Assembly (NCBI RefSeq): GCF_000698785.1
Contig: NZ_CP007536.1
Location: forward strand, 600,001 to 632,000
From: Nitrososphaera viennensis EN76
GTDB taxonomy: Archaea > Thermoproteota > Nitrososphaeria > Nitrososphaerales > Nitrososphaeraceae
Direction of reading: 5' to 3'
DNA length: 32,000 nucleotides
Part shown: positions 7,323-16,295 of the stretch, in pieces
Layout of the letters: each line of letters begins with the position of its first letter
Position numbering within the stretch: the first letter of the stretch is position 1
Notes under the pieces: model-generated
Database searches by the model: none
Told to the model about the DNA's origin: nothing
Seen by the model: only the letters and a program-made list of their open reading frames with translations
Program-made: the position numbers and the translations under genes

Positions 7323-8150
7323 CTACCTGTTATCCTGCTGCCAGATCTTTTTCGCCCGGCTCTTGTCAAATATGAAAAACCGGTTGTGCCAGAAAAGCGT
7401 CGCGGCCATGATGATGTAGCTTGCACCGTACAAGGGATTCCAGTGCCATATCAAGCTGTCAAGGCCGGCGGCGGTATAGTACGCAAAGCCCACGTCAGCG
7501 ACCGCGAATATCGCAAGCGACGCCGAGAGAAGAGCCCACGGTGTGGAGGTGAGCTTGCCGCGGAGAAAGTTTGCAAGGAGCAGAATAGCAGGCGCTAGCA
7601 GCAGCCCGTCAAGCACCACGTACGCAAGGCCTAGCGCAAGTGCAAGCGGCTCCTCGCCCCCTCCTTCTGCAGACGCGCCAATTACCACCATGCAGGTGTA
7701 TGCAACGAATGCAGACGTGGCAGCCACTGCTGCGGCAAGCGCTTTGTTGCCTGCGGCAAAGAACCGGCAGGTCTTGAGCAGGTGGTAGGCCATCGGCCCG
7801 TAGCCGGCAATCCAGAGAGCGTCGGCAAGCGACGGGTAGGGCACTTGTATTCCCACACCAAGCTCATAGTACGTCCACAAGAGCTCTGCGGCAAACCACA
7901 GCGCCAGCCCGGCCGCAAACGCGGCGGTAGTCTTGCCGTACAGGCCGCCTGCGCCCTGCCTGAGCGATACGACGAGGGCCATGCCAAGGGCCGCGCCTGC
8001 GGCGGCGTTTATCGTCCAATTGGAGAAAAACGGCCGCGAGCCGTCGCCTGAAAACACTATGAGCAGAGTCGTGATAACCGTCGCGACTGCAATAGTTGCC
8101 AAGAGCTTGTCGCGCACAGATGTCGGGTCAAGAGTGCCTCGCTCGTGCAA
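7323..8150 (-). CDS. Polytopic membrane protein (275 aa), unknown function
   Basis: Roughly 7-8 hydrophobic helices, Ala/Gly/Leu-rich. The TTG start is placed directly after the TAG stop of the upstream ORF. No family recognised. Confidence 0.65.
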   Translation of the reverse strand: MHERGTLDPTSVRDKLLATIAVATVITTLLIVFSGDGSRPFFSNWTINAAAGAALGMALVVSLRQGAGGLYGKTTAAFAAGLALWFAAELLWTYYELGVGIQVPYPSLADALWIAGYGPMAYHLLKTCRFFAAGNKALAAAVAATSAFVAYTCMVVIGASAEGGGEEPLALALGLAYVVLDGLLLAPAILLLANFLRGKLTSTPWALLSASLAIFAVADVGFAYYTAAGLDSLIWHWNPLYGASYIIMAATLFWHNRFFIFDKSRAKKIWQQDNR

Positions 8151-8459
8151 CTAGCGCGCCACCTTTTGGGCGACTTCAAGCACCTTCAACACCTTTTCAA
8201 GTGCAGGAGCACGCGGGTCAAGAGTGACATCCAGCTGGAGCTCAAAAGCCATCGTGTGGGCAACGATGTCCATGATGATGTCTGCCCCGCCGCCCATCAT
8301 GTCTTTGAGGGCTGCATAGAACCTGCGTATGTCAAAGTTCTCCGGGACCATCTGCACGCCGGCGTTGTTGAGGTGCCACACGAGCGACTGCATGGTAGGC
8401 TCGCCAAGCGCCAAAAGCGCGTCCTGCGTGCACTTTAACAGCACCTCCCGAGGATTCAT
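8151..8459 (-). CDS. Hypothetical soluble protein (102 aa)
   Basis: ATG at 8459 with TATA-like sequences in the 8460-8548 divergent intergenic region. Helical-looking composition. Its stop abuts the start of the 7323..8150 membrane protein. Confidence 0.6.
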   Translation of the reverse strand: MNPREVLLKCTQDALLALGEPTMQSLVWHLNNAGVQMVPENFDIRRFYAALKDMMGGGADIIMDIVAHTMAFELQLDVTLDPRAPALEKVLKVLEVAQKVAR

Positions 8460-8548
8460 ACATGGGAATGATATAGGGGATTATAAAAGCAGTTGCAAAT
8501 GGCATTTCTATAAATAAAGCAAGGTGATAACTCGACTGCGTTCTCATC

Positions 8549-9106
8549 ATGTCCGGCAGCACTTTACGCGCAGTCAAGACGGTCGCAATTGACGTCGACT
8601 CTGTGCTTGCAGACGTGATGCTCGTCTGGGCAGACGAGTACAACAGGCGCAGAAACGCCAAGATAACCAAAGAGGACATCATAAAATGGGACATACCTAC
8701 CGTACTGCCGATAACGCCTGAAGACGTCTACGAGTATTTCAGCCACGTCTGGAGGAACCGCTGGCGCGAGATCCCGCCTACAGAGCCGGACATTGGCGCA
8801 GTCACCAGGCGCATCCACCGCAAGGGCTACAGGATATCGATAATCACGAAAAGGGAGAGGCCGACGGTGGCGTACGTGGCAAAGTGGCTCGACATGCACA
8901 GGGTGTTTGCAGACGACCTCCTGTTCATCTATGACGCCGCGCCAAAGGCAGACTATCCGTTTGACGTGCTCATCGACGACGCGCCAAAGAACCTTGTCGA
9001 CGTCGCGGAGCCAAAGTCCGCAATACTGTTCAACCAGCCGTGGAACCGCGATTTTGACTGGCCTGTCCGCGTCAGCAGCCTGTCAGAGGCAGAAAAGCTA
9101 CTCTGA
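8549..9106 (+). CDS. HAD-superfamily 5'(3')-deoxyribonucleotidase-like (NT5C family) protein
   Basis: VAIDVDSVLAD carries HAD motif I (DxD), IITKR motif II, and KADYPFDVLIDDAPKNL motifs III/IV. Size (185 aa) and layout fit NT5C-type nucleotidases. Confidence 0.7.
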   Translation: MSGSTLRAVKTVAIDVDSVLADVMLVWADEYNRRRNAKITKEDIIKWDIPTVLPITPEDVYEYFSHVWRNRWREIPPTEPDIGAVTRRIHRKGYRISIITKRERPTVAYVAKWLDMHRVFADDLLFIYDAAPKADYPFDVLIDDAPKNLVDVAEPKSAILFNQPWNRDFDWPVRVSSLSEAEKLL

Positions 9107-9421
9107 AAGCGCGATAAGCGCGCGGTTTATGAGGGCAGACAGGCCGACGTACTGCAGGAGCATCGTGACGGCGGAGTCGAACGCGTCAGGGCCGCGAAAG
9201 CCCTCGTCGTACTTCATCTCGACAGAGCCCCTGTCCGTGTCGACGACTGCGGTCAAGAGGGAATAGTCGCCCAGCTTTTCGTCCGTGCGCTCGACGTACT
9301 GGCGCATCTCTATCTTTGTAATCACAAAGCCCTGGTTCTGCATCATGCCGGACATCAGAACCCTTGATTTTGCGGGCGGCCCCCTTATCCTGCCCGGCTC
9401 GATGTCGCTTTTTGTTGTCAT
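9098..9421 (-). CDS. Hypothetical protein (107 aa) translationally coupled to the PurF-like gene
   Basis: The start ATG at 9421-9419 overlaps the TGA stop of the upstream gene (ATGA overlap, read on the minus strand as TAC AAA TGA / ATG ACA ACA). The ORF-track start at 9445 would lie inside the upstream gene. No family recognised. Confidence 0.6.
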   Translation of the reverse strand: MTTKSDIEPGRIRGPPAKSRVLMSGMMQNQGFVITKIEMRQYVERTDEKLGDYSLLTAVVDTDRGSVEMKYDEGFRGPDAFDSAVTMLLQYVGLSALINRALIALSE

Positions 9422-10794
9422 TTGTAGTCGAGGAACCTGACCCATTCCGGGAACCAGAGGTTGTGCTCCGGCACGCCGATGCCATTTGCGAGGACCGCCG
9501 GCGAATTGTAATAGACGGTGTCCGCGCCAAGCTCCTTTGCGATGTTCTGGTTCAGCTCGTTTATCGATGACACCTCGCCAACGTACTTGTTGGCCACGAG
9601 GTCGCGGTTGTGCGTGTACAGGCCGACCTGCCTGCCGTCCACCGTCGGCACGTAACTGACGACGACGTCAATCCTCCTTGCGCCGGCGTTTCTCAGGTAG
9701 TAGATGGTCTCCCGGGCAGTCGCGCTTGTCTGTATCGTGCCCTGCACTGTTGCGATGTTCTTGCCCTTGACCAGCGGCTGCATCACGAACTTGAGCGACC
9801 TGCCTGTCGTGAGCAGCTTGTTCTTGCTGTCCTGCTCTGAAAAGTCTATCATGTTGTCCGAGTCGTCGTACCTGTCTTTTATGACGCCTTCTGCAAGGTC
9901 AAAGGGCGGAAAGTGCTTCCTGTACGCAAGCCCAAAGCCAAGCGCCATCGGGCGCGTATAGTCAGGCTCTGCGTACGCGGAGTCAAGGTCCGCCACCTTC
10001 AGGTCAAGCGAGAGGAAATTGGCCTGCGCTTTGCCGATGCTCTTTCGTATTTCATAGATGCTCTTGCCTCCAAGCGTCGCCACCACGTTTGACTCACGTA
10101 TGAACTCGAACGGGTCCATCATGAGTTTCGAATCGTGGCTTGTGGCAATGACCTCGAGGCCGGCGCGCTTGCTCAGTTTCAAGAGCTGGCCCGGTTTTAT
10201 CTCGGAAAACTCCATGTCTATAAGCGACGCCCGGAGCGAGTTTTCAGAGGCGACTATGTTCAGAGTCCTGTCCTTTCGCGACGCCGTGACAAGGGGCTTG
10301 AAGCCGGTGCTGTCCCGGTACGCGTACACCTCGTCCTGGAGTTTCACCAGCAAGTTTCCGCGCAGGTGCCTGTCGAGAAACTCGACTGCCCTGTCAGGGT
10401 CCTTTTCCAAGAGCGTGACAAAGATGTGGTAGATCTTGAAAAGCGAGTCTGAATGCTTTGCCGGCCCGACGTACGGGTGCAGGTGCAGTTTTTCCGTGTC
10501 GACGAAAAACCCGTCAAAGGCGACCTGGGCAGACTGCATGCTAGCAAACGGGGGCGACCTCTTGAGCAAATAGCCGATGCCGCATACGCCGCCCAGCTTT
10601 TCCTTGTGCGCCACCTTTAGTATCGCGTCGTCTGCAGGAAGCGAGCCTTCTGCGCCGGCAGACCCGCTTCCGACCATCATCCTCCAGTACGCCTTGCCGC
10701 GGTGCTGCAGCATGCGCATGGCGTGCGCAAGGTAATAGACCACGGCCTGTTTCGGCTCTGTGCCGTGGTTGTAGATGGCGACTATGCCGGCCAT
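9418..10794 (-). CDS. Amidophosphoribosyltransferase (PurF)-like protein with degenerate active sites
   Basis: 458 aa with colinear PurF-like blocks: MAGIVAIY (vs MCGIVGI), LQHRG, GIGYL (vs GIGHVRY), RDSTGFKPLV (vs RDPNGIRPLV), VASENS (vs VASES), and a C-terminal PRTase-like region KNIATVQGTIQTSATARETIYYLRNAGARRIDVVV (vs VVLVDDSIVRGTT...LR.AGA.EVH). Confidence 0.75.
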   Translation of the reverse strand: MAGIVAIYNHGTEPKQAVVYYLAHAMRMLQHRGKAYWRMMVGSGSAGAEGSLPADDAILKVAHKEKLGGVCGIGYLLKRSPPFASMQSAQVAFDGFFVDTEKLHLHPYVGPAKHSDSLFKIYHIFVTLLEKDPDRAVEFLDRHLRGNLLVKLQDEVYAYRDSTGFKPLVTASRKDRTLNIVASENSLRASLIDMEFSEIKPGQLLKLSKRAGLEVIATSHDSKLMMDPFEFIRESNVVATLGGKSIYEIRKSIGKAQANFLSLDLKVADLDSAYAEPDYTRPMALGFGLAYRKHFPPFDLAEGVIKDRYDDSDNMIDFSEQDSKNKLLTTGRSLKFVMQPLVKGKNIATVQGTIQTSATARETIYYLRNAGARRIDVVVSYVPTVDGRQVGLYTHNRDLVANKYVGEVSSINELNQNIAKELGADTVYYNSPAVLANGIGVPEHNLWFPEWVRFLDYK

Positions 10795-10835
10795 GTGTGT
10801 ACTTCAGCTCTGGAGGAGTTTAGATAAAAAGCTTG

Positions 10836-11426
10836 TCAGAGCGAAGGCGCAAACGCCTGCCTTTCCCGCTCGTACATTGATATCTCGTTTTCAAGCTTGA
10901 GCGTGAGGCCGATGCTGTCAAGTCCTTCAAGCAAGAGCTTTTTCCGGAATTCGTCGATGTCAAAGTGCATTGTTTTCTGGCCGGCCTTCACCACCTGCTT
11001 GGTAAGGTCTATTTCAATTTCCACGTCGCCGTTCTGAAAGAGGTAGTCGACATCTTTTGCTGCAAGCCTGACAGGCAGCACGCCGTTTTTGAAGCAATTG
11101 TTGTAGAAAATGTCTGCAAACGACGGCGCTATCACTGCCCTAAAGCCATAATCAAGTATCGCCCATGCCGCGTGCTCGCGCGAGCTGCCGCTGCCAAAAT
11201 TGTCGCGGGCAAGCAGGATCTGCCTTCCCTTGTACCTGGGATCGTTGAGCACGAAACCCGGCCGGGGCCTGCCTTCTGCGTCAAAGCGCCAGTCGTAAAA
11301 GAGGTACTGGCCAAAGCCGGTGCGGCTGACAAGTTTCAAGAACTGCTTTGGAACTATCTGGTCGGTATCGACGTTCACCCTGTCAAGGGGCGTCGCTTTG
11401 CTTTTCAACACCGTAAACGGCTCCAT
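10836..11426 (-). CDS. leuD: 3-isopropylmalate dehydratase small subunit
   Basis: [30 protein letters not shown] and the overall roughly 196-aa layout are typical of LeuD. ATG 11426 is preferred because it lies 5 nt after the leuC stop; the ORF-track start 11450 overlaps leuC. Confidence 0.9.
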   Translation of the reverse strand: MEPFTVLKSKATPLDRVNVDTDQIVPKQFLKLVSRTGFGQYLFYDWRFDAEGRPRPGFVLNDPRYKGRQILLARDNFGSGSSREHAAWAILDYGFRAVIAPSFADIFYNNCFKNGVLPVRLAAKDVDYLFQNGDVEIEIDLTKQVVKAGQKTMHFDIDEFRKKLLLEGLDSIGLTLKLENEISMYERERQAFAPSL

Positions 11427-11430
11427 GCTG

Positions 11431-12852
11431 CTAGAGCCACTCCCTGACATCCACGAAACGGCCCTCGATTGCAGCCGCCGCGGCCATCACCGGGCTAACG
11501 AGGTGCGTCCTGCCTCCTGCTCCCTGCCTGCCCTCAAAGTTGCGGTTTGAGGTGCTTGCGCAGCGCTCGCCGGGCGCAAGGATGTCGGGGTTCATGCCAA
11601 GGCACATGCTGCATCCCGACTCGCGCCACTCAAAGCCGGCGTCCTTGAATATTTTGTCAAGCCCGAGCTTTTCTGCCGCGGCCTTTACCTGCTGCGAGCC
11701 GGGCACCACCATCGCCCTTACCCTTGGCGATACCCTGCGGCCCTTGACTACGACCGATGCCTCCACGAGATCCTCGAGGCGCGAGTTGGTGCACGAGCCG
11801 ATAAAGACACGGTCAAGCTTGATGTCAGTCACCGGCGTTCCGGATTCCAAGGCCATGTACTCTAATGCACGAACAGCGGCCTTGCGCTCGTTTTCATTTC
11901 CCTTGGCAAACTCGTCTGGCGCCGGCACGCTTTCGTTCACGCTCACCACCATCCCCGGGTTCGTGCCCCAGCTGACCTGCGGGGCAAGCGACGCAGTGTC
12001 TATTGTAATGGATCTGTAGAATTTCGCGTTTTCGTCCGTGCGCAACCCTTTCCAGTATTCCACTGCGCGCTCAAACTGCTCACCCTTTGGCGCATAGCGC
12101 CTGTCCCGGATGTAGTCAAAAGTAGTTTCGTCGGGCGCAACAAGGCCTGCCCGGGCGCCGCCTTCGATGGACATGTTGCATATAGTCATCCTGTTTTCCA
12201 TAGAAAGCTCTGATATCGCCTCGCCGCGGTATTCAAGCACAGAGCCGGTGCCGCCGGCGGTGCCGATTGTCCGTATGAGGTAGAGCACCATGTCCTTTGC
12301 AGTCACGGCGTGCTTGTTTTTTCGCCTTCCGACGAAATTGACGGCAAAGGTCTTGGGCTTGTCCATCCACATCGTCTGCGTGGCAAGCACGTGCTCGACC
12401 TCGCTTGTCCCTATGCCAAGCGCAAACGCGCCAAACGCTCCGTGCGTCGACGTGTGGCTGTCGCCGCATACAATCGTAGTGCCGGGGATTGTCAGCCCAA
12501 GCTCCGGCCCTATCACGTGCACGATGCCCTGATCCGGGCTGTGCATGTCAAACAATGTAATCCCAAACTCCCTGCAGTTGTCTGCAAGAGTGCGTATCTG
12601 GGTCGCCGATATCTGGTCGACTATTGGAAGCGAGCGCGCAGTTGTAGGCACGTTGTGGTCCATAGTGGCATACGTCAGGTCAGGCCGGCGCACCCTGCGG
12701 CGGTTCATGCGGAGGCCGTCAAAGGCCTGCGGAGACGTAACTTCATGTACAAGGTGGCGGTCTATGTAGAGCAAGGACGGCCCGCCTTCCTTCTCCTGGT
12801 GCACGACGTGGCTGTCCCAGATCTTTTCAAATATGGTCCTTGCTTGGGCCAA
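11431..12852 (-). CDS. leuC: 3-isopropylmalate dehydratase large subunit (aconitase family)
   Basis: [43 protein letters not shown]. The proposed TTG start at 12852 gives [12 protein letters not shown], analogous to canonical LeuC N-termini, and 473 aa. The ORF track extends 91 further codons across the promoter region. Confidence 0.9.
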   Translation of the reverse strand: MAQARTIFEKIWDSHVVHQEKEGGPSLLYIDRHLVHEVTSPQAFDGLRMNRRRVRRPDLTYATMDHNVPTTARSLPIVDQISATQIRTLADNCREFGITLFDMHSPDQGIVHVIGPELGLTIPGTTIVCGDSHTSTHGAFGAFALGIGTSEVEHVLATQTMWMDKPKTFAVNFVGRRKNKHAVTAKDMVLYLIRTIGTAGGTGSVLEYRGEAISELSMENRMTICNMSIEGGARAGLVAPDETTFDYIRDRRYAPKGEQFERAVEYWKGLRTDENAKFYRSITIDTASLAPQVSWGTNPGMVVSVNESVPAPDEFAKGNENERKAAVRALEYMALESGTPVTDIKLDRVFIGSCTNSRLEDLVEASVVVKGRRVSPRVRAMVVPGSQQVKAAAEKLGLDKIFKDAGFEWRESGCSMCLGMNPDILAPGERCASTSNRNFEGRQGAGGRTHLVSPVMAAAAAIEGRFVDVREWL

Positions 12853-12876
12853 GCGAGAGAGGAATTGGCGGCAGGG

Positions 12877-12886
12877 AAATATAAAA
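12877..12886 (-). promoter_or_regulatory. TATA box for leuC
   Basis: The minus strand reads TTTTATATTT, centred about 29 nt upstream of the TTG start at 12852. Confidence 0.55.
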
Positions 12887-12912
12887 CAAGTGAGTGAGGG
12901 AGTGGCAGATAG

Positions 12913-12920
12913 TTTTAAAT
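12913..12920 (+). promoter_or_regulatory. TATA box for psmB
   Basis: TTTTAAAT is centred about 33 nt upstream of ATG 12949. Confidence 0.55.
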
Positions 12921-12948
12921 CAGGTTGGCCTGCTCTTGCAGCCATAAT

Positions 12949-13608
12949 ATGCACCCCCAGGATAACCGTTACCCGGAGTATATCGCTGAGCAAATAAAGA
13001 AGGGTACGACTACATGCGCCTTGACATGCAAGGATGGCGTGGTGCTGGCGGCAGACACCAGGGCAAGCGCCGGCCTCTTTATCGCCGACAGGCACGTCAT
13101 GAAGATTCAAAAGGTCGACAACCACCTTGCAATGACGATTGCCGGTGGAGTCGCCGACGCGCAGAACCTGGTCGACACGATGCGCTACAACGCCAACATA
13201 TTCAGGCTTGAAAACAAAGAGGTCATCCCGGTCAAGTCGGCTGCAAGGCTCTGCTCAAACATACTGTTCAACAACCGCTACTTCCCCTACTACGTCCAGA
13301 TAATCATGGCAGGCTACACCGACAAAGAAGGCGGCAGGATATACAACATCGACCTGTTTGGCTCGCTCACCACGGAGAAATTCATCTCCACCGGCTCTGG
13401 CTCGCCCGTCGCGTACGGCTACCTTGAATCCGAGTTCAAGGATGGCATGGGCGTGAACGAGGCGTACAAGCTGGCCATGCACGCAATAGCGGCGGCAATC
13501 CGCAGGAACGCCGGAACCGGCGACAGCATCAACGTGGCCATCATCGACAAGGACGGCTACCGCGAGCTGTCAAAGGAACAAAAGACCGCAGTGGGCGTCG
13601 TCTTCTAG
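12949..13608 (+). CDS. psmB: Proteasome subunit beta (with propeptide)
   Basis: [24 protein letters not shown] carries the G|T processing site and active-site Thr. The rest is colinear with the archaeal 20S beta subunit. ATG 12949 is preferred over the TTG at 12925 from the ORF track. Confidence 0.9.
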   Translation: MHPQDNRYPEYIAEQIKKGTTTCALTCKDGVVLAADTRASAGLFIADRHVMKIQKVDNHLAMTIAGGVADAQNLVDTMRYNANIFRLENKEVIPVKSAARLCSNILFNNRYFPYYVQIIMAGYTDKEGGRIYNIDLFGSLTTEKFISTGSGSPVAYGYLESEFKDGMGVNEAYKLAMHAIAAAIRRNAGTGDSINVAIIDKDGYRELSKEQKTAVGVVF

Positions 13609-13616
13609 CCCACTAC

Positions 13617-13623
13617 TTTTTTT
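13617..13623 (+). terminator. Oligo-T terminator after psmB
   Basis: A T7 run begins 9 nt after the psmB stop. It overlaps the stop codon of the convergent peptidase gene. Confidence 0.5.
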
Positions 13624-15079
13624 ACGCACCCTTGCCTGTCTTTGTTATTTCGTTCACGAAAAGGCTTGCGTCCATCTTTGAAAATGCAGACAGCTCGATT
13701 TTTGCACCCGGCCTCATGAACCGGCGTATTTCCTCGCCGGCCTCCCTTACGGCCCACCACTCTTCGCCAAACCTGTTTTGCAGATGCTGTTCAAGCTCTG
13801 CCGCGCGGACGGCCGCGACTATGTAGCTAGGCACATACATTATCGCGTCTGGCAGTATGTGGTGGAGCATCCAGTACTCGCCGGGCACATCAAGCCCGGT
13901 GTATTCCCTCAGCAATTTCCCGTAGAGGTTGCTTGCCTGCCTTGTAGAGAGCTTTTTGCGCCAGAACTCGGCCTTCATGAGCGAGTTTGCGGTGTAGAAC
14001 GTGACGAAATAGAGCTCCATGAAGTTGTTCCTCTGCTCCAGCTCGTCAAGGGCGCGCTCGTCAGTCACGCCAAGCGATTTCAGGTAGCGCCGGTTCTTTG
14101 TCAGGCGCTCTAGAAATATCGAGAATATCTCTGCAATCCCCATCGAAAAGCCGTAGCGGTCCCAGTAGTCGGCGGCAGGGTCGATTGACGTCGCGTGAGC
14201 CGCGTGGCCCATTTCGTGGTAGCACCCCTGCAGGTCAAAGTACGGGCTTTCGCTCTTGTACAGGACGCGAACATCGTTTGGCACCTGAACGAAAAAGCAG
14301 ACGGGAGACGGGTACTTGTCCTTGCGGTTCTCCGTGTCGATTTGTATCCGCGACAGGTCAAACCCCAGGCCCTCAAGCGTCTTTTTGACCTGCGCGGTCG
14401 GGTCGATCCCGGAAAAGTGCTTTTCAAGGTCAGAGTAGACGCGGTTTCTGAAAAAATAGAAATCGTCATAGTATTCCGCAGGCCGGCCAAGCACCTTTTT
14501 TGAGACGTCTGCAAGGGCCTCCCGGAACGGCTTTTTGGCCCGCCTGCCCATCGACTTTACAAAACTCGTCAGCTGCGAGTACGTGAATTTCTCGTTTTCG
14601 AGGTAGCCTGCAAGCGGGTCCAGCTTTTTGCCCGACTGCTCTGCGTACACGTCGGCGATTGCGTCAAAGCGCGCCTTTACCACAGGCGCTACAAACCGCG
14701 TCTTTTTCACAAACTCGTCAAAGACTGCCTTGCGCTTTTTCTCGTCCTTTTCGGCGCTGTTGTACTGGCGCCACGAGCTCCAGTTCACGGGCCTTCCGTC
14801 GAACTTTTGCTTTGAGACAACCTTGGTGTTGCGCAAGTCGTAGAGTCTCAGCTCGAGCTTTTTGGTGGACGAGTCGGCCATGCTTTCAATCGACGATATG
14901 TAAAGTTCCCGGGGCTCCTCGAAATTCTCAAGGAACAGCCTTGCGGCAAGCGACTTCATCTCTGCCAGCCGCTCTATCGCCTTTATGCTGTGCTTCAGGC
15001 CGGCGTACTGCCTATAGCGCTCGTCGGACTCGGCCACGTAGATCCGCTCGTCAAGCTGGCACCATTGCTCAAGGTTCAT
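13622..15079 (-). CDS. Zinc metallopeptidase, M3 (PepF/oligoendopeptidase)-like
   Basis: 485 aa. HEMGHAAH (HExxH) is followed about 25 residues later by GIAEIFSIFLE (third-ligand Glu context of gluzincins, M3B-like). It is shorter than a typical PepF. TATA attttaaaaa at 15104-15113 lies 29 nt upstream of ATG 15079. Confidence 0.65.
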   Translation of the reverse strand: MNLEQWCQLDERIYVAESDERYRQYAGLKHSIKAIERLAEMKSLAARLFLENFEEPRELYISSIESMADSSTKKLELRLYDLRNTKVVSKQKFDGRPVNWSSWRQYNSAEKDEKKRKAVFDEFVKKTRFVAPVVKARFDAIADVYAEQSGKKLDPLAGYLENEKFTYSQLTSFVKSMGRRAKKPFREALADVSKKVLGRPAEYYDDFYFFRNRVYSDLEKHFSGIDPTAQVKKTLEGLGFDLSRIQIDTENRKDKYPSPVCFFVQVPNDVRVLYKSESPYFDLQGCYHEMGHAAHATSIDPAADYWDRYGFSMGIAEIFSIFLERLTKNRRYLKSLGVTDERALDELEQRNNFMELYFVTFYTANSLMKAEFWRKKLSTRQASNLYGKLLREYTGLDVPGEYWMLHHILPDAIMYVPSYIVAAVRAAELEQHLQNRFGEEWWAVREAGEEIRRFMRPGAKIELSAFSKMDASLFVNEITKTGKGA

Positions 15080-15254
15080 GCTAGACAGTCTCTGCTCTTT
15101 GAGATTTTAAAAACGTTATAACCGGTTCTCGCAGAGAATAAGCGCGCATAGTTTCTGCAACCGTCAGGATGGAAGGCGACATGCTGGTGAAAGAGCCAGA
15201 AGGCAGGCTGTCGAAATTTGCGTCGCTTGCAAGAAAGGCAGAGGTCCCGCTTCC

Positions 15255-15788
15255 TCATTCGTTAGCATAAACCGATTCTTGTTTATGAGTTTCATGGTTG
15301 TGCTTATCCGCGTCCTCTTTAGTTAGGAACTCCTCTGCACATGTAGTACATCGAAAAGTGCCTGATTCATACTCACTTGCAGGGCACTTTTCCATAGGCG
15401 ACTCTACAAATTGAGAGATGTTATTTTCAACAAGTGGAAGAATCTTTTCCATTATTATCGAATCAAAATTCTTTTCATCCTTGTCAAAAGTCAGAAGGAG
15501 ATAATGATGCGTGGTAATTGGTATGGTAGCACGATTCAGTCCTTCATACTTGCCAAAGGCATATCTCAGTTTGCCTATTTTTGTTTCAAATTTTGTCCTA
15601 GTCTTATGTCGGGATATAGCAGAAATAACGTATTCTTCGTTTTCCTCTTGGGTCAAAAGGGGCAACAAACCGGGTCTTCTTTTGGAGTTTAGAATTATGC
15701 CATTGTCGTTTACGACTCCCGCCCATCGAATGGAAGCGCCCTTCCCCAGGATTTGTTCACACAGCACTTCGAGAAACTGATAATCCAC
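15255..15788 (-). CDS. Unknown N-terminal domain fused to a C-terminal C2H2 zinc finger (177 aa)
   Basis: The C-terminus FRCTTCAEEFLTKEDADKHNHETH equals C-x2-C-x12-H-x4-H. The N-terminal roughly 125 aa is unassigned. GTG start at 15788 with TATA tcatatatgc at 15809-15818. The gene is markedly AT-rich relative to its flanks. Confidence 0.7.
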   Translation of the reverse strand: MDYQFLEVLCEQILGKGASIRWAGVVNDNGIILNSKRRPGLLPLLTQEENEEYVISAISRHKTRTKFETKIGKLRYAFGKYEGLNRATIPITTHHYLLLTFDKDEKNFDSIIMEKILPLVENNISQFVESPMEKCPASEYESGTFRCTTCAEEFLTKEDADKHNHETHKQESVYANE

Positions 15789-15869
15789 TACTATGAGAGA
15801 TCATCTCTTCATATATGCAATAGCAAGAAGTAGTAATAAAAGACTACTAAGACTTGCTTAAGCGTATTG

Positions 15870-15916
15870 TATTGCCACGCCTAGGATGGGTGGGGCCTAT
15901 TATTGGCACGCATAGG
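15870..15916. repeat. Imperfect 16-nt direct repeat (14/16) with embedded 7-bp inverted repeat
   Basis: TATTGCCACGCCTAGG (15870-15885) versus TATTGGCACGCATAGG (15901-15916). GGCCTAT (15894-15900) and ATAGGCC (15912-15918) can form a hairpin with an 11-nt loop. Confidence 0.5.
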
Positions 15917-16007
15917 CCGTTCTCCCCCCATGGATTGCTTTGACTATTCGCACTCGTCTCTGACCAAACTATAAGGTAAATAGCAGGTTTGCGATATTTG
16001 ATCCATT

Positions 16008-16295
16008 ATGAGCGACCTTGCCTTCTTCAGATTTATGAGTAACAACATGTTAACGAGTGAAGAAGAACGGCACAAAGATGAAATTATTAGACTAACAGAA
16101 GAGGTACTCCATGCAAAGGGCCTCCAGTGTGATGCCAGTATTGCGAAGATTTCGGAAGATCAATTAAAAGATATTCTTGATAAAGTCAGAGAGCTTCGTA
16201 AAAAGCAAAAGAAGAAAGCAGCTGATACAGCAGAGACCGAGCAAGAGGTTATCGTGGAGGATACAGAGGTTATGGAGGTATCGTGCATTCAGTAG
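16008..16295 (+). CDS. Hypothetical Lys/Glu-rich protein (95 aa)
   Basis: ORF track with ATG start. Charged, helical-looking sequence (KDILDKVRELRKKQKKKAADTAETEQE). AT-rich like the neighbouring zinc-finger gene. Confidence 0.5.
   Translation: MSDLAFFRFMSNNMLTSEEERHKDEIIRLTEEVLHAKGLQCDASIAKISEDQLKDILDKVRELRKKQKKKAADTAETEQEVIVEDTEVMEVSCIQ

Noticed and set aside
11540-12897. Several plus-strand ORFs (11540..12019, 12290..12532, 12310..12897, 12545..12769)
   Set aside because: All are antisense to leuC. They are high-GC shadow frames with Arg/Ser/Ala/Pro-rich translations.
12853-13125. 91-codon N-terminal extension of the leuC ORF in the ORF track
   Set aside because: The extension crosses both TATA boxes and the psmB start and is unlike any LeuC N-terminus. 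The conserved N-terminal block begins right after the TTG at 12852.
15169-15270. 33-codon plus-strand ORF (MEGDMLVKEPEGRLSKFASLARKAEVPLPHSLA) in the gap between the peptidase and the C2H2 gene
   Set aside because: It is too short, has no promoter-like element or recognisable motif, and its end overlaps the C2H2 gene 3' end. It could be a gene remnant, but this cannot be supported.
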